Source: an uncultured Pirellulaceae bacterium (GTDB lineage Bacteria > Planctomycetota > Planctomycetia > Pirellulales > Pirellulaceae). Taken from it: a stretch of 64,000 bases of DNA. The stretch lies in the NCBI GenBank assembly GCA_964491205.1, contig CAZBGC010000008.1, positions 14,675 to 78,674 of the forward strand, in the 5' to 3' direction. The notes under the pieces were generated by a model. The model was not told the DNA's origin, made no database searches, and saw only the letters and a program-made list of their open reading frames with translations. The translations under genes and the position numbers were made by a program. Shown here piece after piece: positions 45,256-53,723 of this stretch (the stretch's first letter is position 1; each line of letters begins with the position of its first letter).

Positions 45256-47451
45256 ATGAATCGCCAGCTATTGCCCAACTGCTCGCTTCTACTCACCCGT
45301 TTGTCGCTACTCGTTGTGACAGGTGCGGCATTTGCACAAAGCCCGGATTCGGTGATCGGTCAGGGTAATCGTTTTGCGTTAGTCATTGGCAATGGCGATT
45401 ACGTCCAAGGTCAGTTAAAGAATCCGGCAAACGATGCAAAATTGATCAGCGAATCACTGCGGGATCTTGGGTTTCGGGTCGAATCGAAAATCGATTTGAA
45501 TCAACAAGAAATGGAAGAGAAGATTACTTCCTTCAGCAGTCGCCTGCCGAAAAACTCGTTCGCGTTTTTCTTCTTTGCCGGCCATGGCATTCAAGCCAAA
45601 AAAGCGAATTACTTGATTCCGGTTGGCGCGACTATCAAGAGCGAGTCGTCTCTGAAGTATCGCACAGTACCCCTAGACTTTGTGCGCGACGAGTTGGAAA
45701 ACAGCAAAAGCAATTTGAATGTGGTGGTGCTGGATTGCTGTCGCAACAATCCCTTCGAACGCTCTTGGAATCGATCTTTGGTTCAACGCGGCCTCGCGCC
45801 CGTTCCACCTGTACCCGAAGGAACCGTCATCGCATTTGCAACGGGTGACGGAAAAACGGCGGCGGATGGACACGGCAACAACTCTCCCTACACGCGAGAA
45901 CTCGCATCGGCACTATCCGCTAGACCTTCGACTGGTTTGTCGTTAGTCGAAGGCGTCTTCTTTACCCTGGGCCGAACACTGAAGCCTAAGACGCAGCAGC
46001 ATCCGCATCTGTACGTTGATTCGACCATGCCGAAATATTTCCTGTGGAAACCTGAAACGAGCGATGATGCGAACGAATCGATGAAAAATGCGTACTCAAC
46101 CTTGCCACCTTCACCGACGGCAACGTCGCCGACCCTAGCCGCGAATTCTTCGAAGCCAGTGATCGACTCAGCAGCCATTCCAAATCCCAAATCCGCGCAA
46201 GGACACGAACTTCTGACGCAGGCTTCGAGCTACCATAGCGAAGGTGAATTCGATTACGCCATCACCGCATTCGGTGCCCTCATCAACGACCCCGACATCT
46301 CTCGTATCGTTCGCGACCAAGCTCGAAAAGGTCGTGGCGGATCGTATCTGGCAAAGGGAACTGCCGAGAGCATCAATCGGGCGATCATTGATTTCAAGGC
46401 TGCTCGTGAACCTGGCATACAGCTGAGCGTGATGCGCAGCGAAGCTGAACTGCGCGACTCCAAAGCGGTTACAGGCAAAGTGCACCGCAACGAAATTGTG
46501 CTATTGACGCAAAGCAAAGGCGATTGGCTTTGGGTCGAATCAGTGCAGGGCAGCAAATCTCGCCAAGGATGGATCAAGTGCAGTGCCTTTCTGGCTACGG
46601 CACCAACGTCAACCAGTGCAGCGACCTCAATCATCAAACCTAACAAAGATGTTGTCATGTCTGCCAGCATTGTTTCGCAAGACAACGTCTCAAAGCCTCA
46701 ACCATCTTCTTCAGTCGTTAGCAAGAGCGAGCCGTTGGTTCAGCCTCTGGGCACGAGTGCGACTCCATTCACCTCACCAACAGTCAATAGCATTCCATCG
46801 ACGTCATCGCCTCAAACTCATTCTACTTCTGGATCGATGATCCGTTTCGGTCCCGACGGCAAACCCATTGGGACCCTGCCCCCACACCACAGCCAACAAG
46901 TCTCACTTCCCAAACCGCAGGTTCCTGGGCAAGCTCAAGACCAAGCCAGAATTCAATCATCGGGCCAGCAGATCATTTTCGATCAACATGGCAAACCCAT
47001 TACTTCTTGGTCGCAGCCTCCATCACATCGATCAGTCCTGTCGTCTGTTGCACCGACTCAAGTCAAGTCCTATTTCGTTGACCAAAACGGCAACCTGGTG
47101 ACGTCGCCGCGTCAGCCAACAGCAACTCGGTCGCAGTCGGACGTCGTATACTTGGATCAAAACGGCCGCCCCGTTACTACTGGCATTCAGCAACAAATCC
47201 AGACTCAGCAACCCGTCTATCAAACACAAAAACAAACCTACCAGCCTCAGCGACAGCAGACATATCAGCCTCGGCAGCAAACCTATCAACCTCAACAGCA
47301 GCAGACTTTTCAGACACGGCCATCGACGACCAAGAGTTTCGGCAACCAAATTCGTCAGCCTTTTCAAATGAAGAGTTCGGGCAGCAAGATGTTCCAAAGC
47401 CCCATGCGCTCTCACATGGAGCGAATGAAGTCCTTTCGATTCGGAAATTGA
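45256..47451 (+). CDS. Exported caspase-family (peptidase C14) protein with TPR-like/SH3-like middle region and Q/Y/P-rich tail
   Basis: 731 aa with a signal peptide (LLLTRLSLLVVTGAAFAQS). Caspase motifs are RFALVIGNGDYVQGQLKNPANDA, FFFFAGHGIQ (His codon 45583-45585) and VVVLDCCRNNPF (Cys codons 45736-45741). An SH3-like stretch reads NEIVLLTQSKGDWLWVESVQGSKSRQGWIKCSAFL. Confidence 0.85.
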   Translation: MNRQLLPNCSLLLTRLSLLVVTGAAFAQSPDSVIGQGNRFALVIGNGDYVQGQLKNPANDAKLISESLRDLGFRVESKIDLNQQEMEEKITSFSSRLPKNSFAFFFFAGHGIQAKKANYLIPVGATIKSESSLKYRTVPLDFVRDELENSKSNLNVVVLDCCRNNPFERSWNRSLVQRGLAPVPPVPEGTVIAFATGDGKTAADGHGNNSPYTRELASALSARPSTGLSLVEGVFFTLGRTLKPKTQQHPHLYVDSTMPKYFLWKPETSDDANESMKNAYSTLPPSPTATSPTLAANSSKPVIDSAAIPNPKSAQGHELLTQASSYHSEGEFDYAITAFGALINDPDISRIVRDQARKGRGGSYLAKGTAESINRAIIDFKAAREPGIQLSVMRSEAELRDSKAVTGKVHRNEIVLLTQSKGDWLWVESVQGSKSRQGWIKCSAFLATAPTSTSAATSIIKPNKDVVMSASIVSQDNVSKPQPSSSVVSKSEPLVQPLGTSATPFTSPTVNSIPSTSSPQTHSTSGSMIRFGPDGKPIGTLPPHHSQQVSLPKPQVPGQAQDQARIQSSGQQIIFDQHGKPITSWSQPPSHRSVLSSVAPTQVKSYFVDQNGNLVTSPRQPTATRSQSDVVYLDQNGRPVTTGIQQQIQTQQPVYQTQKQTYQPQRQQTYQPRQQTYQPQQQQTFQTRPSTTKSFGNQIRQPFQMKSSGSKMFQSPMRSHMERMKSFRFGN

Positions 47452-47703
47452 CAACAGCAACCCTCAGACGCAAAACCAGCAGTCCGTTGGATGAAATAGT
47501 TTCGCTCTAGCGTTCGATTTGGACTAGTCAAATTCGCTGTTTGTTTCCGCGCGATGTGTATTCAACGCTTGGTTTTGTCCGGTAGAATTTGGGTGCAGTT
47601 GATCAGTGAAGCTGCTGTTCAATCAAATCCCCATCAGACTTGCAATCGCGTAAATCGCCGTCAGCCCGGCCATCGCAACATTATCCCACACCTTGCCGAC
47701 ATC

Positions 47704-49908
47704 ATGAATCACCGACTCCTGCTTTCAACCTTGTGTGTTCTTTTCTTGTTGGCCGCCAATTTGTTCGCTGACGAGAATCGGTTTGCTCTGGTGATTGGAA
47801 ATGGAAATTACGAAGAGGGGCGTCTGAAGAATCCAGCCAACGATGCAAAGCTCATTAGCAAATCGTTAATGGATTTAGGATTCAATGTTGAGACGAAAAC
47901 AGATTTGGATCAGCAGGAAATGGAGGAAACCATTTCGTCTTTCAGTCGCGGCTTGCCAAAGAACTCGTTTGCGTTCTTCTTCTTTGCAGGCCACGGGATT
48001 CAAGCCAAAAAGGCGAACTATCTGATTCCGGTCGGCGCGACGCTGAACAGTGAATCGTCGCTGAAATATCGCACGGTACCGTTGGACTTTGTCCGCGACG
48101 AATTAGAAAACTCAAAGAGCAACTTGAATGTCGTCGTCCTCGATTGTTGCCGTAACAACCCGTTCGAGCGATCTTGGAATCGAAGTTTGGGGCAACGTGG
48201 CTTCGCACCGCTGTCGCCAGTTCCCGAAGGCACGGTGATCGCATTCGCGACCGGTGATGGAAAGACTGCTGCGGATGGTGCTGGAGAAAACTCACCGTAC
48301 ACCCGAGAACTCGCTGCGGCCCTTTCATCACGTCCTCCGCAGGGGCTTTCTTTGGTCGAAGGGGTTTTCTTCACGCTTGGTCGAACACTGAAACCAAAAA
48401 CAAAACAGCATCCCCATTTGTATGTCGATTCGACCATGCCAAAGTACTTCCTTTGGAAACCGGATTCGGATGCTGCTCAAGCGGCTGAGGCGTCCGGGCG
48501 GCCTCCAGCGACAAATTCGTCGAAACCAAAAATTGCGGTTACCCCGCCAAAATCACCCAAGCCAAAACTAGCTTCCAATCAGACTGACGAAACGTCGCAA
48601 GAGTATGAACAGGCAAAGTTGCGGCTAGAGCAAGCAGACCGCTTTCATAGCGAAGGCCATTTTGACTTGGCAATCGAAGCCTACGGAGCCTTGATCAATG
48701 ACGGGCAAATACCACGTGAGCTTCGAGCTCAATCGCGACGTGGGCGAGGTGGTTCCTATCTTGCGCAAGGCACGCGGAAAGGCATCAACCTGGCCATCAT
48801 TGATTTCCAGGCTGCAGGTGATCGTGGGATTCAAATTCCCGTGATGAGAGCAGAGGCAGACTTGAAGGTGGAAAAGGACGCCAAAGGAAAGATCCGCCGG
48901 AACGAGATCGTATTGATCACGAAAAGCCGCGGTGATTGGCTCTGGGTGGCTTCGGCACAAGGCAATCATGCACGCCAGGGCTGGGTTTCGTGCAGTGCGT
49001 TTCTGTCAGAACCTGGGGTGTCAGCTACCGGCGGATCCAGCGGCATCACTTCCGCGGTCGTAAAACCGAATGTCGCTGAGCCTAACGCCGTGTCAACGCC
49101 TCAACCCGTTTCGGCCTCACCCAGCGTATCCCTCGGTGCAGATTTACAATCAGCGCCAACAAAGAACCCGTCGATCCCGATTCAAGCATTCGGCACCGAT
49201 CCGCTGAGCACTGCCTCTTCATCAGGTGGGCAGATCGTGCGGCTTGATTCCAACGGGCAAATCATCAATCCGCAGTCCCAAATGAGCACACCCCAATTCA
49301 GCCCGAGCCAGCACAATGCCACACCGCCGACAGCGTCAGGACAGACGGTAACGTTCGATGCCAACGGCCGGCAGATCATTCAACCGTCAAATTCGTTGGG
49401 CACTCGTTCTTTGTTACCCAATCAGGCGCAACAAAACCAATCTGTTCCCAACCAGCAACGGATCGCGAATCAACCGATCACTTCCGGCCAGCAACGCACT
49501 TTCTACACGGATCAGTACGGCAACCCGATCAACCAATCCAGCGTTCCGATCAATCAAACCAACGCTCCACAGCAGCGCAGTTACACGCCGAGCCAGCAAC
49601 CACAACGTCAGACGTATCAACAGCCTCAACAACAGCAGCAGCGTTACACACAACAACCTCCGCAGCAGTACACTCAGCGGCAGTACACTCAGCAGCAAAA
49701 TCGCAACACGCAGTCTTACCCATCTCAATTCAGCAACAATGGAAACATGTCGCTGAAGGATTTAAATGCTTCTCGCCGTGAATTCGATCGGGAAGTATCA
49801 AAGTACCAATGGCAGAATGGACCGCTCTCGCCCGCTGAACGCCGTGAGGTGAACCAGTGGCGTCAGCAAAACGATCGTGCGAAAGCAAAAGCGTTTTGGG
49901 GCAACTAA
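47704..49908 (+). CDS. Exported caspase-family (peptidase C14) protein, tandem paralog of 45256-47451
   Basis: The track ORF starts at 47554; the ATG at 47704 gives a signal peptide (MNHRLLLSTLCVLFLLAANLFA). The catalytic blocks are identical to the upstream paralog (FFFFAGHGIQAKKANYLIPVGAT; NVVVLDCCRNNPFERSWNRSL). The SH3-like segment (NEIVLITKSRGDWLWVASAQGNHARQGWVSCSAFL) and a Q-rich tail are also shared. Confidence 0.85.
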   Translation: MNHRLLLSTLCVLFLLAANLFADENRFALVIGNGNYEEGRLKNPANDAKLISKSLMDLGFNVETKTDLDQQEMEETISSFSRGLPKNSFAFFFFAGHGIQAKKANYLIPVGATLNSESSLKYRTVPLDFVRDELENSKSNLNVVVLDCCRNNPFERSWNRSLGQRGFAPLSPVPEGTVIAFATGDGKTAADGAGENSPYTRELAAALSSRPPQGLSLVEGVFFTLGRTLKPKTKQHPHLYVDSTMPKYFLWKPDSDAAQAAEASGRPPATNSSKPKIAVTPPKSPKPKLASNQTDETSQEYEQAKLRLEQADRFHSEGHFDLAIEAYGALINDGQIPRELRAQSRRGRGGSYLAQGTRKGINLAIIDFQAAGDRGIQIPVMRAEADLKVEKDAKGKIRRNEIVLITKSRGDWLWVASAQGNHARQGWVSCSAFLSEPGVSATGGSSGITSAVVKPNVAEPNAVSTPQPVSASPSVSLGADLQSAPTKNPSIPIQAFGTDPLSTASSSGGQIVRLDSNGQIINPQSQMSTPQFSPSQHNATPPTASGQTVTFDANGRQIIQPSNSLGTRSLLPNQAQQNQSVPNQQRIANQPITSGQQRTFYTDQYGNPINQSSVPINQTNAPQQRSYTPSQQPQRQTYQQPQQQQQRYTQQPPQQYTQRQYTQQQNRNTQSYPSQFSNNGNMSLKDLNASRREFDREVSKYQWQNGPLSPAERREVNQWRQQNDRAKAKAFWGN

Positions 49909-49953
49909 TTCGGGCGGCCGTTAAACGCTTTTGGGCCAGATCGAGATTCAATA

Positions 49954-50706
49954 TTGGACGTCATTTATTACTTGATCCTGGTCATTGCGGGTTTCATCGC
50001 AGGTATCGTCAACACGATTGCCGGTGGCGGATCATTCCTCACGCTGCCCGCATTGATGCTCTTCGGCCTTGACCCGAAAATTGCGAACGGCACGAATCGC
50101 GTGGCAGTACTCTTTTCCAGCGGCAGTGCGGTCGCGACGTTTCACAAACACGGTCACCTTGATCGCAGCCTTGCCAATCGCTTGGCGTGCCCCACATTGC
50201 TGGGTGTACCCTTCGGGGCCCTGCTTGCGGTCTATCTGCCGCCCGACGCGTTCGAACCGGTTTTCGGAGCGATTTTTTTGGCGATGGCTGTGCTCTTGAT
50301 GAAGAACCCAAAACGAATTCTAGAATCTCAGGTTGCATCAGAAAGCTCACGTCGCTGGATTGCCCCCGTCTTCTTCCTGATTGGAATCTACGTGGGATTC
50401 ATTCAAGCCGGGATGGGAATCTTGATTTTACTTGCGATGGGAATGCTCAACACCGGCGACTTGGTTGGCTCCAACGCGGTGAAGAATTGGATTGGTTTCA
50501 TCGTCACTCTTGCTGCAATCGCGGTGTTCGCCGCATACGATTTGATACAGTGGATTCCGGGCCTCGTCATGGCAACTGGAAATGTCCTTGGCGGTGTGGC
50601 GGGCGCAAAATTGGCGATCACGAAAGGAAATCGACTGGTCTTCGGTTTCCTCGTCGTCGTCATGGTCGCGACGGGAATCAAACTGGTCGTTGGAAGCTTT
50701 CTTTAG
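49954..50706 (+). CDS. TauE/SafE-family (DUF81) anion exporter
   Basis: 250 aa with a TTG start and about 7-8 TM segments. The N-terminal motif is IAGFIAGIVNTIAGGGSFLTLPALMLFGLDPKIANGTNR. Confidence 0.85.
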   Translation: MDVIYYLILVIAGFIAGIVNTIAGGGSFLTLPALMLFGLDPKIANGTNRVAVLFSSGSAVATFHKHGHLDRSLANRLACPTLLGVPFGALLAVYLPPDAFEPVFGAIFLAMAVLLMKNPKRILESQVASESSRRWIAPVFFLIGIYVGFIQAGMGILILLAMGMLNTGDLVGSNAVKNWIGFIVTLAAIAVFAAYDLIQWIPGLVMATGNVLGGVAGAKLAITKGNRLVFGFLVVVMVATGIKLVVGSFL

Positions 50707-50786
50707 CCTGGGTTTCTTCCGCCACGGTCGCACATTTCGGATCGAATCGACCGAAAAGAGTACGCGAAACTGTTTCTCTTCACTTG

Positions 50787-52514
50787 CTAATCTTCTTCCG
50801 AACACGATTGATTTTCGATCGGGAACGTCGCCCAGACGAAAAACATCACTGCCGCCGCGGCGTAGCCTAAAGCGAATTCTAAGACGTAAGGGCGATTACC
50901 GGAATCTAACACCACGTCTCCCCAGCTTTCGGGGCCCAACGGCACAAACAGTTGGTTGCCGGGCAGCGGCGAGTGCATGATTCCGAAGAGGGTCAGGACC
51001 GCGGCGACCAGCATCACGATGCCCGCTAACTTCAGCTGACGGTCGATCGCGGCGACCATCATCCAAGCCCAAAGCAGGCTTGTCAAAATGAATCCGCTAC
51101 TGAGCATCGTCAGTGTTTTGATGTTCGCGCGAAGTTCTTCGTTGGCAAGCGAATCAGGGTTGATGCCTGCTCCCAAAAGAGCGCCATCACCAAACATGCG
51201 ACCAGGAATACTCATTGCCAATACTGCCAACGCTGGCAAACAGGCCAACGCGACAGCCGCATAGTGACGTCGTGGCGTTGCCAAAAAACTCTGCGCTGTA
51301 ATTTCAAGGCCCACGAAAACCAAGATCGGCATGACAACCGGTTTTGGGATCCAAGCTTCCAGCAACGAAAAATAACCCAACAAGCCAGCCGACCCTACCA
51401 GTAGCGCAGTACCCAGCGTGTACGCAGCGCGGCCGCCCATAGCCTTGTATGCCGGATGTCCGATGTAGGGTGTTGTTTGAATCACACCGCCAGAGAGCCC
51501 CGCAATCAACGTCGCGATTCCTTCGACACCGATCACCGTGCGGGTATCGTAGTGATCACCTGCTGCAGCGGCGCTCTCCGTGCAGTCAATTCCGCCGACC
51601 ACGGTCGCAATCGCAAAGGGCAGAGCGATCGGCAAGAAGGGGATCGCATCGGTGAATGCTCCCACCCAACCAAACGTCCAGGCTTCCGTCCATTTCATTG
51701 GAAGCCACTGCACCGACGGCGACGTGGGAAATTCATAGCCAAAGCCTCCCGTCGCACAAACCAGATAGTAGACGGCGCCCGCAATCACCAGTGCTCCTAA
51801 CGTTCCCGGTGTTCGTCCTGGCAAAGGCACGCGGGCAATCAACGTAGTCAGTACGATGACCAGCGCCAGAATACCCGGCAATGGATGCCCCAGAATTTCT
51901 GTCAACGGAATGAAACTAATCAGCACCAGCGCGATGGCGGCGAGTGAACCTAAGAGTCCGGCGCGTGGGACGACACGTCGAATCCATTCCGTCATCGGTG
52001 CAAGGATCAGCTTGATACAACCGCTCATCACGATGCACCAAATCCCGATATACCAGGTCCGATAGGCAGCGTCGTCGGGCGAAAGCCCCATCGCGCCTAC
52101 CCCTTGCAGATACGACGGCCCAAGGATGAACAGCGTGTAACCGAACGTCGATGGAGTATCCAAACCAAGAGGCATTGCCGTGACATCCGATCGCCCCGTC
52201 TGCTTGGCCAAACGGAACGCGAGGAAGAAAAAGGCCAGATCACCAATCAACACTCCCAAAGCGGTTCCCGGGACCATCGCACCAACGGCAAACTCTTTGG
52301 GAAACCCGAATCCCACCAGCAAGCCCACCATCAACATCAGACCGACGATGTTGTCCAGCATCAAACCAAAGAAGGCATTGATGTCACCTGACTGAAACCA
52401 CTGATAGGGGCTGGGTTGTCCATCTGCCGCACCTTCATCGAAAGAATCGCTCACAGAATTTGGTCTCGGATCTACAGTGAAAATGAAGGGCAATGGGATC
52501 AGTTTTATAACCAA
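50787..52514 (-). CDS. Polytopic permease, probably NCS2/AzgA-like (COG2252-type) nucleobase or anion transporter
   Basis: 575 aa with more than 12 hydrophobic segments and a TTG start (possible GTG about 20 codons downstream). The segment FQSGDINAFFGLMLDNIVGLMLMVGLL and the Gly-rich helices resemble xanthine/uracil-permease-superfamily proteins. Substrate is not inferable. Confidence 0.5.
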   Translation of the reverse strand: MVIKLIPLPFIFTVDPRPNSVSDSFDEGAADGQPSPYQWFQSGDINAFFGLMLDNIVGLMLMVGLLVGFGFPKEFAVGAMVPGTALGVLIGDLAFFFLAFRLAKQTGRSDVTAMPLGLDTPSTFGYTLFILGPSYLQGVGAMGLSPDDAAYRTWYIGIWCIVMSGCIKLILAPMTEWIRRVVPRAGLLGSLAAIALVLISFIPLTEILGHPLPGILALVIVLTTLIARVPLPGRTPGTLGALVIAGAVYYLVCATGGFGYEFPTSPSVQWLPMKWTEAWTFGWVGAFTDAIPFLPIALPFAIATVVGGIDCTESAAAAGDHYDTRTVIGVEGIATLIAGLSGGVIQTTPYIGHPAYKAMGGRAAYTLGTALLVGSAGLLGYFSLLEAWIPKPVVMPILVFVGLEITAQSFLATPRRHYAAVALACLPALAVLAMSIPGRMFGDGALLGAGINPDSLANEELRANIKTLTMLSSGFILTSLLWAWMMVAAIDRQLKLAGIVMLVAAVLTLFGIMHSPLPGNQLFVPLGPESWGDVVLDSGNRPYVLEFALGYAAAAVMFFVWATFPIENQSCSEED

Positions 52515-52939
52515 AATCCATCACCTCTACCTTCAGCATCAACCCGCAGGAGACTCTGGTTTAAAGTTGCAGTTGACGCAGAGGGGCCAGCACCGGAAAT
52601 TCCATACCGACTCACCCCTCTTGATGGGTGGATTCAGTGGCTACCAGCGTCTGGATTCACACCTTGTGAGATCTTTCACCTGGATTCTCTACTTTGACCT
52701 GCGACCCGCTGTACATCACAATGCGTAGTGTCATCACTGTGGAGACGATTGCTTAACTAGCTGTCCAGCACGATTGCTTGGCAGATTAAATCCAAATGAG
52801 TGGTTCTCGGCGGCGGTTTAGCGAACGTATTATCGCGTGATAGAGAGGCAGACGAGCCGCCCTTGAGTGGACTAGAATGCTGCTACAACCCGCTTTTCAC
52901 GTCTTTTCGCTTATCCTACCTGTCGACTGGGAAGAACCC

Positions 52940-53602
52940 ATGGCTACTCAAACCGCGGCTTCCGAATCTGCTTCGGCCCAAAAAATCACTTCCGAAACAG
53001 AAGAATTGACCGATGAAGCGTTGCTGATCCAGTATCGGCAGTCGGGAGATCGGGCATTGTTTGAGCAGCTTATCAATCGTTACGAACGCGAGATTTACAG
53101 TTATCTGCGTCGCTACATCGGTAACGCTGAGTTGGCCGAAGATGCGTTTCAGGGAACGTTCTTACAGGTGCACCTGAAATGCCAACAATTTGACGCCAAT
53201 CGACGATTCCGACCGTGGCTCTACGCAGTCGCGACCAACCAAGCCATCGATATACAGCGTCGCAACAAACGTCATCGGATGGTCAGCTTGGATCGCTTTG
53301 CACGAGGGGAAGACGACGAACGATCAGGCAGTTGGAGCGATACGATTGTTGGCGGTTCCCCTGATCCACTGACTACCGCGGCACAGCACGAATCAGGCGC
53401 CTGGGTTCATGAAGCAGTCGAATCACTGGGCGAATCCGCACAGCAAGTCATTCACTTGGTTTACTATCAAGGACTGAAGTATCGGGAAGCGGCGGAGGCA
53501 CTACAGATCCCTGTCGGAACCGTCAAAAGCCGGCTTCATGCGGCAGTTCAACGACTCGGTCAGCTGTGGGGCGAAACGCATCAACCACAAGTCGATGACT
53601 GA
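52940..53602 (+). CDS. ECF-type RNA polymerase sigma-70 family factor
   Basis: The track ORF starts at 52877; the ATG at 52940 gives MATQTAAS. Region 2 reads LFEQLINRYEREIYSYLRRYIGNAELAEDAFQGTFLQVH...FRPWLYAVATNQAID. Region 4 reads VIHLVYYQGLKYREAAEALQIPVGTVKSRLHAAVQRL. Confidence 0.9.
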   Translation: MATQTAASESASAQKITSETEELTDEALLIQYRQSGDRALFEQLINRYEREIYSYLRRYIGNAELAEDAFQGTFLQVHLKCQQFDANRRFRPWLYAVATNQAIDIQRRNKRHRMVSLDRFARGEDDERSGSWSDTIVGGSPDPLTTAAQHESGAWVHEAVESLGESAQQVIHLVYYQGLKYREAAEALQIPVGTVKSRLHAAVQRLGQLWGETHQPQVDD

Positions 53603-53723
53603 ATTGGATCGTTTGGTCCTCGCGAAAAAGCAATAGCGCGAACCACGTTCGTGCCTCAGACGTAACCATCATAAGACATCGCGAACGTTTCGTGATGTCT
53701 TCATTTTTGGCCGATGGACACTT

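Noticed and set aside
43993-49908. Possibility of a gasdermin-caspase cell-death operon
   Set aside because: The gene adjacent to the caspases is a GxSxG alpha/beta-hydrolase, not gasdermin-like. Both caspases carry export signals. No pore-forming candidate is visible.
50187-50870. 227-aa plus-strand ORF overlapping the TauE gene in another frame
   Set aside because: Its translation is Arg/Gly/Cys-rich and not protein-like. The TauE frame gives regular TM helices and the family motif.
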